A DNA stretch of 30,855 bases from a virus (Duplodnaviria; Heunggongvirae; Uroviricota; Caudoviricetes), in the IMG/VR virus record IMGVR_UViG_2874956758_000002, positions 1 through 30,855 of that record; one strand, given 5' to 3'. Under the pieces are notes generated by a model, which did not search any database, was not told the DNA's origin, and was given only the letters and a program-made list of their open reading frames with translations. Shown here piece by piece: positions 9,924-21,127 of the stretch (position 1 is its first letter; every line of letters starts with the position of its first letter). Position numbers and translations under genes: made by a program.

Positions 9924-10961
9924 TTACGCCAGTTGAACGGACACGAACTCATCAGGATCAGCCAGCAGCATCAGCGGTGCTGACTGAATCATGGTGAACT
10001 CTCGCGCCGGATCGCCGGATGTCTTCCAGTTTTTCGGATAACGGGGAGACGCATTAATACCCTCACTCAATGCATCCGCATCCTGAATACAGCCATAGGT
10101 ACGCAGACCGCGTGCATGAGTGTTACCCAGCACCATCGTGTTGTCCGGCAGGAAGTTCTTTTTGACGCCGTTTTCCACGTACTGTCCGGAATACACGACG
10201 ATGGCCACATCGCCATACATTCCCTTATAAGACACCGCTTTGCCCAGGTCTTTTACCGCTGTCTCCAGTTCGGAATTAGAACCACGACGGGTATCCAGAG
10301 CCTCTTTTATCGCTCTGAATGAACGGTATTTCTTCCATACATTACCGCCCATAATGATGATATTAGTGACGCCCTCACTAAATTCTGCGTAGCTCTCAAT
10401 ATCATCATTTGGATCAAAAGTTTCTTTATCCTTACCTGACCACTCAGCACCGCCAAACTGAGTGATGATATTTTGTGGTTTAATATTCCAGTCCAGCTCA
10501 TAACGTTCAATACCATCGCCCTCAATGATATTTTTCCCCGTTGTGATTGCCTGAACAGCAAGCCATTCAATACGTGCACGAATAGCTTTAGCTTGATTTA
10601 CAATCGCCTGTTTAACTTTAATATTACGCGCCCCAAAAGCATTGTATTGCTCAGGTGATACACCAGCAGGGCGCACAGCTAACTTATTTGGATCAATGCT
10701 GCTTTTCGGCTTCATATAGCCTGGACGAATTGTTTTTGATTCGTACCCTTCGTCACGTGAAACTTTACTACCCACCATAGGAGAACAAAACGCTGCAATT
10801 GGGATATTTGGATCGTCGATTGTATCAAGAATAATATCGCGCGATTCAAACATTACCGAGCGAGTAAAAAACAAACTGGTAAACAACGCATTTAGTTGTT
10901 TTTGTACATCTACAGCATTAACCACCTGTACAAGCTGAGTAGGCGAATATAAATCAACCAT
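9924..10961 (-). CDS. E: major capsid protein, lambda gpE family (mosaic: divergent 5' two-thirds, lambda-like 3' third)
   Basis: C-terminal ~115 aa (from LDTRRGSNSELETAVKDLGKAVSYKGMYGDV to SVQLA) are near-identical to lambda gpE as recalled; the N-terminal ~230 aa are homologous but divergent and AT-rich. Start assigned to ATG at 10959..10961 (MVDLYSPTQL) preceded by AGAGGA. Confidence 0.8.
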   Translation of the reverse strand: MVDLYSPTQLVQVVNAVDVQKQLNALFTSLFFTRSVMFESRDIILDTIDDPNIPIAAFCSPMVGSKVSRDEGYESKTIRPGYMKPKSSIDPNKLAVRPAGVSPEQYNAFGARNIKVKQAIVNQAKAIRARIEWLAVQAITTGKNIIEGDGIERYELDWNIKPQNIITQFGGAEWSGKDKETFDPNDDIESYAEFSEGVTNIIIMGGNVWKKYRSFRAIKEALDTRRGSNSELETAVKDLGKAVSYKGMYGDVAIVVYSGQYVENGVKKNFLPDNTMVLGNTHARGLRTYGCIQDADALSEGINASPRYPKNWKTSGDPAREFTMIQSAPLMLLADPDEFVSVQLA

Positions 10962-11178
10962 ACGCATCCTCTTTGCATTCATTAAAAATAATTGTGGATA
11001 TATGCTATCACCGATATTTGTCATGCGAACACATGCAACCGAGTGCAATGTTGTATAAAGTTTTGGGGTGACAACTTCAGTGCGGACAATTAGTGTTAAT
11101 ATCTTCACTCCCTTTGGTCGGGATTTATGTAGCATGCTGGAAAATTTATTTTTTCCGGCCTTTTTTTATTGGCAATAT

Positions 11179-11628
11179 TTAAAACGGGATATCATCTCCC
11201 CATTGCTCATTATCTCCCACTGGTGGCTGGCTTCCTTGCTGATCTGCCTGTTGTTTTGCTCTGTTCAGTGCGTCAGTAGCCTGCCCCTGTTGGCCTTTAT
11301 TGCCGCCCGGTCGCACCGATCGCGCACTGATTACGCTGTCTGCGATAACCTGCCAGCCCAGCCGCGTTTCGCCGTTCTGTCCAGTCCACTGGCTCGTCTG
11401 CATGTTACCCGCCACGCTCAGGAGTTCGCCTTTGTGATGCTTTGCCAGCGCGTCGGCTTGTCTGCCAAACGCCAGGACAGATAACCACATCGTCGCCTGA
11501 CCGTCATCCGACTGACTGCAGGGCAGTGATACCGCCATACGCGCCAGCGTCATGGGGGTGCCCTTGCTAGTCTGTTTTGTCTGCGGGTCGTCCACCAACC
11601 GCCCGTAAACTGATATTTGCGCCGTCAT
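11179..11628 (-). CDS. ssb: phage-type single-stranded DNA-binding protein (SSB)
   Basis: 149-aa ORF with an OB-fold-like N-terminal region, a Gly/Gln-rich linker and the SSB C-terminal acidic tail ending DDIPF. Confidence 0.75.
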   Translation of the reverse strand: MTAQISVYGRLVDDPQTKQTSKGTPMTLARMAVSLPCSQSDDGQATMWLSVLAFGRQADALAKHHKGELLSVAGNMQTSQWTGQNGETRLGWQVIADSVISARSVRPGGNKGQQGQATDALNRAKQQADQQGSQPPVGDNEQWGDDIPF

Positions 11629-11634
11629 GCTGCC

Positions 11635-11961
11635 TGAGGTAGCCTGAGTTTAACGGACACTCCTTCCTGAAATAGAATGGCATCAGAAGGAGCTAATAAT
11701 GAGCAGAAAAACCCAACGTTACTCTAAAGAGTTCAAAGCCGAAGCTGTCAGAACGGTTCTTGAAAATCAACTTTCGATCAGTGAAGGCGCTTCCCGATTA
11801 TCCCTTCCTGAAGGCACTTTAGGACAATGGGTTACCGCCGCCAGAAAAGGGCTCGGTACTCCTGGTTCCCGCACGGTGGCTGAACTGGAATCTGAAATTC
11901 TGCAACTGCGTAAGGCGTTAAATGAAGCTCGCCTTGAGCGAGATATATTAAAAAAAGCAAC
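11635..11961 (+). mobile_element. IS3-family (IS600-like) left-end fragment: IRL plus 5' ~93 codons of orfA, arm 1 of an inverted pair flanking IS30
   Basis: Begins TGAGGTAGCCTGAGTTTAACGG. Encodes the OrfA N-terminus MSRKTQRYSKEFKAEAVRTVLENQ...ILKKATVDS, then runs into the IS30 end; the rest of the element is absent. Confidence 0.7.
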
Positions 11962-13182
11962 TGTAGATTCAATTGGTCAACGCAACAGTTATGTGAAAAC
12001 ATGGGGTTGCGGAGGTTTTTTGAATGAGACGAACATTTACAGCAGAGGAAAAAGCCTCTGTTTTTGAACTATGGAAGAACGGAACAGGCTTCAGTGAAAT
12101 AGCGAATATCCTGGGTTCAAAACCCGGAACGATCTTCACTATGTTAAGGGATACTGGCGGCATAAAACCCCATGAGCGTAAGCGGGCTGTAGCTCACCTG
12201 ACACTGTCTGAGCGCGAGGAGATACGAGCTGGTTTGTCAGCCAAAATGAGCATTCGTGCGATAGCTACTGCGCTGAATCGCAGTCCTTCGACGATCTCAC
12301 GTGAAGTTCAGCGTAATCGGGGCAGACGCTATTACAAAGCTGTTGATGCTAATAACCGAGCCAACAGAATGGCGAAAAGGCCAAAACCGTGCTTACTGGA
12401 TCAAAATTTACCATTGCGAAAGCTTGTTCTGGAAAAGCTGGAGATGAAATGGTCTCCAGAGCAAATATCAGGATGGTTAAGGCGAACAAAACCACGTCAA
12501 AAAACGCTGCGAATATCACCTGAGACAATTTATAAAACGCTGTACTTTCGTAGCCGTGAAGCGCTACACCACCTGAATATACAGCATCTGCGACGGTCGC
12601 ATAGCCTTCGCCATGGCAGGCGTCATACCCGCAAAGGCGAAAGAGGTACGATTAACATAGTGAACGGAACACCAATTCACGAACGTTCCCGAAATATCGA
12701 TAACAGACGCTCTCTGGGACATTGGGAGGGCGATTTAGTCTCAGGTACAAAAAACTCTCATATAGCCACACTTGTAGACCGAAAATCACGTTATACGATC
12801 ATCCTTAGACTCAGGGGCAAAGATTCTGTCTCAGTAAATCAGGCTCTTACCGACAAATTCCTGAGTTTACCGTCAGAACTCAGAAAATCACTGACATGGG
12901 ACAGAGGAATGGAACTGGCCAGACATCTAGAATTTACTGTCAGCACCGGCGTTAAAGTTTACTTCTGCGATCCTCAGAGTCCTTGGCAGCGGGGAACAAA
13001 TGAGAACACAAATGGGCTAATTCGGCAGTACTTTCCTAAAAAGACATGTCTTGCCCAATATACTCAACATGAACTAGATCTGGTTGCTGCTCAGCTAAAC
13101 AACAGACCGAGAAAGACACTGAAGTTCAAAACACCGAAAGAGATAATTGAAAGGGGTGTTGCATTGACAGATTGAATCTACA
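11962..13182 (+). mobile_element. IS30, complete (1221 bp)
   Basis: Terminal inverted repeats TGTAGATTCAAT at both ends; single 383-aa transposase ORF; length matches IS30. Confidence 0.9.
12024..13175 (+). CDS. insI: IS30 transposase
   Basis: 383-aa ORF with N-terminal HTH and C-terminal DDE domain, recognised as the IS30 transposase. Confidence 0.9.
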   Translation: MRRTFTAEEKASVFELWKNGTGFSEIANILGSKPGTIFTMLRDTGGIKPHERKRAVAHLTLSEREEIRAGLSAKMSIRAIATALNRSPSTISREVQRNRGRRYYKAVDANNRANRMAKRPKPCLLDQNLPLRKLVLEKLEMKWSPEQISGWLRRTKPRQKTLRISPETIYKTLYFRSREALHHLNIQHLRRSHSLRHGRRHTRKGERGTINIVNGTPIHERSRNIDNRRSLGHWEGDLVSGTKNSHIATLVDRKSRYTIILRLRGKDSVSVNQALTDKFLSLPSELRKSLTWDRGMELARHLEFTVSTGVKVYFCDPQSPWQRGTNENTNGLIRQYFPKKTCLAQYTQHELDLVAAQLNNRPRKTLKFKTPKEIIERGVALTD

Positions 13183-13508
13183 GTTGCTTTTTTTAATATA
13201 TCTCGCTCAAGGCGAGCTTCATTTAACGCCTTACGCAGTTGCAGAATTTCAGATTCCAGTTCAGCCACCGTGCGGGAACCAGGAGTACCGAGCCCTTTTC
13301 TGGCGGCGGTAACCCATTGTCCTAAAGTGCCTTCAGGAAGGGATAATCGGGAAGCGCCTTCACTGATCGAAAGTTGATTTTCAAGAACCGTTCTGACAGC
13401 TTCGGCTTTGAACTCTTTAGAGTAACGTTGGGTTTTTCTGCTCATTATTAGCTCCTTCTGATGCCATTCTATTTCAGGAAGGAGTGTCCGTTAAACTCAG
13501 GCTACCTC
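13183..13508 (-). mobile_element. IS3-family (IS600-like) left-end fragment, arm 2, inverted copy of 11635..11961
   Basis: Reverse complement reproduces the same IRL and OrfA N-terminus (ORF 13095..13445 is identical through VDSI). Its outer end overlaps the xis start codon. Confidence 0.7.
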
Positions 13509-13745
13509 ATGGGCAATGTGATTCAACTGGCTCCCAATGAATGGGTTTGTGAAAGCGTTCTTATCGCAATTACCGGGCTCAAACCAGGCACAATTCTCCG
13601 AGCCCGGAAAGAATGCTGGATGGTAGGAAGAGAGTATATTCACGTATCACCAGACGGTAATCCAAAGCCATCCAGCGAATGTATGTATAACAGAAAAGCA
13701 ATAGATGCCTGGGTCTCTTCAATGAAAAACAAACAACCTGGGTGA
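13508..13745 (+). CDS. xis: putative excisionase (DUF1233-type Xis)
   Basis: Small ORF immediately upstream of and co-oriented with the integrase; motif pattern (IQLAPNEWV...LTGLKPGTI.RARKECWMVGREY) resembles DUF1233 excisionases as recalled. Start taken at ATG 13508..13510; the ORF track begins 16 codons upstream, inside the IS arm. Confidence 0.6.
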
Positions 13746-13800
13746 TTTAATGCCATGAAGTATGTAAGCTCGTATCGCTCTTGGGCGTCTGGAGGTATCA

Positions 13801-15114
13801 ATGGATAAAGTCAAATATCCAACAGGCGTCGAAAACCACGGTGGCACATTACGCATCTGGTTTAATTTTAAAGGTAAACGTGTCAGGGAAAATCTTGGTG
13901 TCCCTGACACTGCCAAGAACAGGAAGATCGCCGGAGAGCTGCGGACATCTGTATGTTTTGCCATTCGTACAGGAAATTTTGATTATGCTGCGCAGTTCCC
14001 TGACTCTCCTAACCTCAAGGCTTTTGGGGTAAATAAAAAAGAAATTACGGTGAAAGAACTTGAAGAAAAATGGCTGGATCTGAAACGAATGGAAATCTCT
14101 GCAAATGCATTCAATCGCTATGAATCCATTGCAAGGATGATGGTTCCGAAGATTGGTGGCAACCGACTGGTATCAGCAGTGACCAAAGAGGAATTGCTGT
14201 ATATCAGGAAAGATTTGCTGACCGGATACCAAAATCCAACAAAAGGTAAAGCTCCAGTAAAAGGACGAAGCGTTGTCACAGTAAATTATTACATGACAAC
14301 AATCGCTGGAATGTTTCAGTTTGCTGCAGATCACGGTTACTTAGAAGCAAATCCCTTCGAGGGAATTAAGCCTCTTAAAAGAGCCAAGGCAGAACCAGAT
14401 CCGCTAACTCGTGACGAATTTATTCGCCTGATAGATGCTTGCCGGCATCAGCAGACAAAAAACCTGTGGTCATTGGCTGTGTACACAGGAATGCGTCATG
14501 GTGAACTGGTCTCCCTGGCCTGGGAAGATATCGATCTGAAAGCAGGAACAATTACTATCAGGCGCAATTATACGAAACTCGGTGAGTTCACTCTACCTAA
14601 AACTGAAGCAAGTACAAACAGGGTTGTGCATCTTATCCAGCCCGCTATCAGTGTCCTGAAAAATCAGGCTGAAATGACAAGACTGGGTAAGCAGCACAAC
14701 ATCAAGGTTCAACTACGTGAATATGGACGTTCAGTAAATCATGAATGTACTTTCGTATTTAACCCCCAGGTGGTTAGAAAAAGCAAACAGGTAGGTTTTA
14801 TCTACAAGGTAGATTCCATTGGCGACTCATGGGAAACAGCCATTAAACGTGCAGGCATCAGGCATCGAAAGGCATACCAGTCACGACACACTTATGCGTG
14901 CTGGTCATTATCTGCCGGAGCAAATCCAAGCTTCATTGCCAGCCAGATGGGGCATGCAAGTGCCCAGATGGTGTTCAATGTATACGGAGCATGGATGACT
15001 GACAGCAATGCAGAACAGATCGCAATGCTGAATCAGAAGCTGGCAGATTATGTCCCAATGATGTCCCATGGTCACCAAAGTGACACAAGAGGCTTATTAA
15101 AATCAGTGAGTTAG
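13801..15114 (+). CDS. int: prophage tyrosine integrase
   Basis: 437-aa ORF with a C-terminal tyrosine-recombinase catalytic region (R...HxxR...Y); RBS GGAGG upstream; reads toward the host junction as lambda int does. Confidence 0.9.
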   Translation: MDKVKYPTGVENHGGTLRIWFNFKGKRVRENLGVPDTAKNRKIAGELRTSVCFAIRTGNFDYAAQFPDSPNLKAFGVNKKEITVKELEEKWLDLKRMEISANAFNRYESIARMMVPKIGGNRLVSAVTKEELLYIRKDLLTGYQNPTKGKAPVKGRSVVTVNYYMTTIAGMFQFAADHGYLEANPFEGIKPLKRAKAEPDPLTRDEFIRLIDACRHQQTKNLWSLAVYTGMRHGELVSLAWEDIDLKAGTITIRRNYTKLGEFTLPKTEASTNRVVHLIQPAISVLKNQAEMTRLGKQHNIKVQLREYGRSVNHECTFVFNPQVVRKSKQVGFIYKVDSIGDSWETAIKRAGIRHRKAYQSRHTYACWSLSAGANPSFIASQMGHASAQMVFNVYGAWMTDSNAEQIAMLNQKLADYVPMMSHGHQSDTRGLLKSVS

Positions 15115-15140
15115 CTTTTAATACCCGTCATGTTAACTGT
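15115..15140. other. prophage/host attachment junction (att core region) within yecE
   Basis: Integrase stop at 15112..15114 is followed within ~10 bp by sequence that, read in the yecE frame, matches the YecE interior as recalled (...RHVNCVEGNTT). Exact core not determinable without the other junction. Confidence 0.5.
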
Positions 15141-15866
15141 GTGGAGGGCAACACCACGCTTTACGCCCTGCCCAAACTCGAGGTTGTCCTGCGCTGGCGT
15201 GAGCAGACCACAGATGACTTCCGCTTCTGTTTTAAGTTTCCGGCGACCATTTCGCATCAGGCAGCATTACGGTATTGCGATGATTTAGTGACTGAATTTT
15301 TGACCCGCATGTCACCGTTAGCGCCGCGCATTGGGCAATACTGGGTGCAACTGCCTGCCACATTTGGCCCACGGGATCTGCCTGCGCTTTGGCATTTTCT
15401 CGACTCTCTTCCCGGCGAGTTTAATTATGGTGTGGAAGTCCGCCATCCACAGTTTTTCGCCAAAGGGGAAGAGGAACAAACACTTAATCGCGGTTTACAT
15501 CAGCGCGGCGTTAATCGGGTGATTTTAGACAGCCGCCCGGTTCATGCAGCACGTCCACACAGTGAAGCTATTCGCGACGCTCAACGAAAAAAACCTAAAG
15601 TTCCGGTACATGCTGTACTGACGGCGACAAATCCGCTGATCCTTTTTATCGGTAGTGATGATATGACGCAAAACCGGGAATTATTTCAGGTCTGGTTACA
15701 AAAATTAGCGCAGTGGCATCAGACCACTACGCCTTATCTTTTTTTACATACGCCAGATATTGCCCAGGCCCCGGAACTGGTACATATCCTGTGGGAAGAC
15801 TTACGTAAAACGCTTCCAGAGATCGGAGCAGTTCCGGCTATTCCACAGCAATCTTCTCTTTTCTGA
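15141..15866 (+). CDS. yecE: DUF72-family protein YecE, 5'-truncated by prophage integration
   Basis: 241-aa ORF directly upstream of yecN-cmoA-cmoB as in the E. coli K-12 gene order; N-terminal ~30 aa missing relative to recalled YecE. Confidence 0.7.
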   Translation: MEGNTTLYALPKLEVVLRWREQTTDDFRFCFKFPATISHQAALRYCDDLVTEFLTRMSPLAPRIGQYWVQLPATFGPRDLPALWHFLDSLPGEFNYGVEVRHPQFFAKGEEEQTLNRGLHQRGVNRVILDSRPVHAARPHSEAIRDAQRKKPKVPVHAVLTATNPLILFIGSDDMTQNRELFQVWLQKLAQWHQTTTPYLFLHTPDIAQAPELVHILWEDLRKTLPEIGAVPAIPQQSSLF

Positions 15867-15918
15867 ATTTGCCACCTATCATAGACAGGTGCCATCGGCC
15901 ATTTTAAAGGGAGTTTGT

Positions 15919-18066
<2,148 letters not shown>

Positions 18067-18071
18067 AGATT

Positions 18072-18094
18072 AGCGCCCGTTTCCGGGCGCTTTT
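18072..18094. terminator. rho-independent terminator between cmoB and the torZ remnant (likely bidirectional)
   Basis: GC-rich hairpin AGCGCCCG-TTTC-CGGGCGCT followed by TTTT, immediately after the cmoB stop. Confidence 0.7.
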
Positions 18095-18100
18095 CACGTC

Positions 18101-18331
18101 TTATGCCTGAACAGCTGGCTGATCAAACGCCGTTAACTTCGGCGCATTGCTCGTATATTTTTCGATATACACCAGCGCAGAGTTACCGGCACAGACATTT
18201 GCCAGCTGAGAGCTGGGGATATCCGCCGTTAACACGTTCGCACTGCCGTTTTTACACAAGCCATTTTCCAGATCTGGCCATGCACCTTCATGCACGCATA
18301 CCACGCCTTTTTTGATCCCGTCAGTCACCAC
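18101..18331 (-). pseudogene. torZ: 3' remnant of a molybdopterin oxidoreductase gene, probably torZ
   Basis: 76 codons with DMSO-reductase-family C-terminal character, convergent with cmoB as torZ is in K-12. No ATG (frame starts at GTG); the remaining ~700 codons are absent, replaced upstream by IS sequence. Confidence 0.55.
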
Positions 18332-18387
18332 CGCGCCTGTCAGAATCGGGGATGCGGACGATTTCCTGGACTCTCAGGAGATAACAC

Positions 18388-18692
18388 ATGTTTACTGAAG
18401 AAGAAAAAATCCGCGCCATTGAGCTTTATTTCAAATATGGTAAGAAGCTGGCTCCCGTCGTACGCGAACTGGGCTACCCTTCGAAAAGAAATCTGCGGCG
18501 TTGGATCCGCTCATGGGAAGCAGGTGGTGGCGCAAAAGAATCTATTCGTCATAAGCACCGTTACTCCGATGAACAAAAACAGGTTGCCGTTGAACATTAT
18601 CTTAACCACGGCTGCTGCCTGGCGTTTACCAGCAGAGCCCTGGGTTATCCCTGCACTGATGTACTCGCTCGCTGGGTTAATGAACTTTATCC
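18388..18692 (+). pseudogene. IS3-family (IS150-group-like) orfA 5' fragment, truncated by IS66 copy 2
   Basis: 102-aa ORF with two tandem HTH-like motifs; the ORF runs straight into the IS66 terminus, which supplies the last base of the final codon and the stop. Confidence 0.6.
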
Positions 18693-18762
18693 GTAAGCGT
18701 ACAGCCTGAACCGTCTGGTCAGAATCTGACGAATTAGACAAAGTGGTGTCCACCAATAAGTA

Positions 18763-19164
18763 GTGGGAACCAAAGTGTCAGATATGCAGAAAAATGTGAC
18801 TCCCGGCAGGCGAAAAGGCTGCCCTAATTATCCTCCCGAATTTAAACAGCAGCTCGTTGCTGCCTCCTGTGAACCCGGGATATCCATCTCAAAACTTGCT
18901 CTTGAAAATGGCATTAACGCCAATCTGTTGTTCAAATGGCGACAACAATGGCGCGAGGGAAAGCTGCTATTACCTTCTTCAGAGAGCCCCCAGCTACTTC
19001 CTGTGACTCTCGATGCAGCTGCCGAACAGCCAGAATCGCTCGCAGAGGACCCGGAAACCCTCAGTATCAGCTGTGAGGTAACGTTCCGGCACGGGACGCT
19101 CCGCTTCAATGGCAATGTCAGCGAAAAGCTCCTGACTCTGCTGATACAGGAACTGAAGCGATGA
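18763..19164 (+). CDS. tnpA: IS66-family TnpA (orf1)
   Basis: 133 aa, identical to 3129..3530 product. Confidence 0.9.
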   Translation: MGTKVSDMQKNVTPGRRKGCPNYPPEFKQQLVAASCEPGISISKLALENGINANLLFKWRQQWREGKLLLPSSESPQLLPVTLDAAAEQPESLAEDPETLSISCEVTFRHGTLRFNGNVSEKLLTLLIQELKR

Positions 19165-19508
19165 TCCCGTTACCTTCCGGGACCAAAATTTGGCTGGTTG
19201 CCGGTATCACCGATATGAGAAATGGCTTCAACGGTCTGGCTGCGAAAGTACAGACGGCGCTGAAAGACGATCCCATGTCCGGCCATGTTTTCATTTTCCG
19301 GGGCCGCAGCGGCAGTCAGGTTAAACTGCTGTGGTCCACCGGTGACGGACTGTGCCTCCTGACCAAACGGCTGGAGCGTGGGCGCTTCGCCTGGCCGTCA
19401 GCCCGTGATGGCAAAGTGTTCCTTACGCAGGCGCAGCTGGCGATGCTGCTGGAAGGTATCGACTGGCGACAGCCTAAGCGGCTGCTGACCTCCCTGACCA
19501 TGCTGTAA
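19161..19508 (+). CDS. tnpB: IS66-family TnpB (orf2)
   Basis: 115 aa, identical to 2785..3132 product. Confidence 0.9.
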   Translation: MIPLPSGTKIWLVAGITDMRNGFNGLAAKVQTALKDDPMSGHVFIFRGRSGSQVKLLWSTGDGLCLLTKRLERGRFAWPSARDGKVFLTQAQLAMLLEGIDWRQPKRLLTSLTML

Positions 19509-19557
19509 ATCTCTTTATCCTGGTTGTCACAGAATAAGCCCGGTAAAATACGGGCTT

Positions 19558-21090
19558 ATGAACGACATCTCTTCTGACGACATCTTCCTGCTGAAACAGC
19601 GCCTGGCCGAACAGGAGATCCACGCCCTGCAGGAAAAGCTGAGCAACCGGGAGCGCGAAATAGACCATCTGCAGGCGCAGCTGGATAAACTCCGCCGGAT
19701 GAACTTCGGCAGTCGTTCCGAAAAAGTCTCCCGCCGTATCGCACAAATGGAAGCCGATCTGAACCGGCTTCAGAAAGAGAGCGATACGCTGACTGGTAGG
19801 GTGTATGACCCGGCAGTACAGCGTCCGTTGCGTCAGACCCGCACCCGTAAGCCGTTCCCTGAATCACTACCCCGTGACGAAAAGCGACTGTTGCCTGTGG
19901 CGCCGTGCTGCCCGAACTGCGGCGGTTCACTGAGCTATCTGGGCGAGGATACCGCCGAACAGCTGGAGTTGATGCGTAGTGCCTTCCGGGTTATCCGGAC
20001 GGTACGGGAAAAACATGCCTGTACTCAGTGCGATGCCATCGTGCAGGCACCTGCACCTTCGCGGCCCATCGAGCGGGGTATCGCCGGACCGGGGCTGCTG
20101 GCCCGCGTGCTGACCTCGAAGTATGCAGAGCACACCCCGCTGTATCGCCAGTCAGAAATATACGGCCGGCAAGGTGTGGAGCTGAGCCGTTCACTGCTGT
20201 CGGGCTGGGTGGATGCATGCTGCCGGCTGCTGTCTCCGCTGGAAGAGGCGCTTCATGGCTATGTCATGACTGACGGCAAACTCCATGCTGATGATACCCC
20301 GGTCCAGGTACTGATGCCGGGTAATAAGAAGACGAAGACCGGGCGGTTGTGGGCGTATGTTCGTGATGACCGCAATGCCGGGTCAGCGTTGGCACCTGCA
20401 GTGTGGTTCGCTTACAGCCCGGACAGAAAAGGCATCCATCCGCAGACTCATCTTGCTTGCTTCAGCGGTGTGCTGCAAGCGGATGCGTACGCCGGGTTCA
20501 ACGAGCTGTACCGCAATGGTGGGATAACGGAAGCTGCCTGCTGGGCTCATGCCCGCCGAAAGATCCACGATGTGCACGTCCGCATCCCGTCAGCACTGAC
20601 GGAAGAAGCCCTGGAGCAGCTCGGTCAGTTGTACGCCATAGAGGCGGATATAAGGGGAATGCCGGCAGAGCAGCGGCTTGCTGAACGTCAGCGAAAAACG
20701 AAACCGCTGTTGAAATCCCTGGAAAGCTGGTTGCGTGAAAAGATGAAGACCCTGTCGCGACACTCAGAGTTGGCGAAGGCGTTCGCGTACGCACTTAACC
20801 AGTGGCCGGCACTGACGTACTATGCGAACGATGGCTGGGTGGAAATCGACAACAACATCGCTGAAAATGCCCTGCGGGCGGTCAGTCTGGGTCGTAAAAA
20901 CTTCCTGTTCTTCGGCTCTGACCATGGTGGTGAGCGGGGAGCGCTACTGTACAGCCTGATCGGGACGTGCAAACTGAATGACGTGGATCCAGAAAGCTAC
21001 CTTCGCCATGTGCTTGGCGTCATAGCAGACTGGCCGGTCAACCGGGTCAGCGAACTGCTTCCGTGGCGCATAGCACTGCCAGCTGAATAA
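19558..21090 (+). CDS. tnpC: IS66-family transposase TnpC
   Basis: 510 aa; versus copy 1 lacks two codons (EQEIHALQ vs [10 protein letters not shown]) and has A for V at one position (PAAPCC vs PVAPCC). Confidence 0.9.
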   Translation: MNDISSDDIFLLKQRLAEQEIHALQEKLSNREREIDHLQAQLDKLRRMNFGSRSEKVSRRIAQMEADLNRLQKESDTLTGRVYDPAVQRPLRQTRTRKPFPESLPRDEKRLLPVAPCCPNCGGSLSYLGEDTAEQLELMRSAFRVIRTVREKHACTQCDAIVQAPAPSRPIERGIAGPGLLARVLTSKYAEHTPLYRQSEIYGRQGVELSRSLLSGWVDACCRLLSPLEEALHGYVMTDGKLHADDTPVQVLMPGNKKTKTGRLWAYVRDDRNAGSALAPAVWFAYSPDRKGIHPQTHLACFSGVLQADAYAGFNELYRNGGITEAACWAHARRKIHDVHVRIPSALTEEALEQLGQLYAIEADIRGMPAEQRLAERQRKTKPLLKSLESWLREKMKTLSRHSELAKAFAYALNQWPALTYYANDGWVEIDNNIAENALRAVSLGRKNFLFFGSDHGGERGALLYSLIGTCKLNDVDPESYLRHVLGVIADWPVNRVSELLPWRIALPAE

Positions 21091-21127
21091 CACATCCCCG
21101 TCAATACGGCCCTCGCTGTACGCTTAC

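Larger units (their letters stand above)
18693..21127 (+). mobile_element. IS66-family insertion sequence, copy 2, 2435 bp, inverted relative to copy 1
   Basis: Same termini (GTAAGCGTACAG...CTGTACGCTTAC) and three-ORF organisation as copy 1. Differs from copy 1 by a 6-bp indel and substitutions in the tnpC 5' region. Confidence 0.9.

Noticed and set aside
11699-12067. 122-aa ORF starting MSRKTQRYSK called as an intact gene
   Set aside because: Only the first ~88 codons are IS600-like orfA; the rest is read-through into the IS30 terminal repeat and leader, so it is a truncated fragment.
15760-15918. N-terminal extension of yecN (ORF track start at 15760)
   Set aside because: The extension overlaps the yecE 3' end in another frame; the conserved protein begins at MVSALYAV (15919), which matches the expected 131-aa length.
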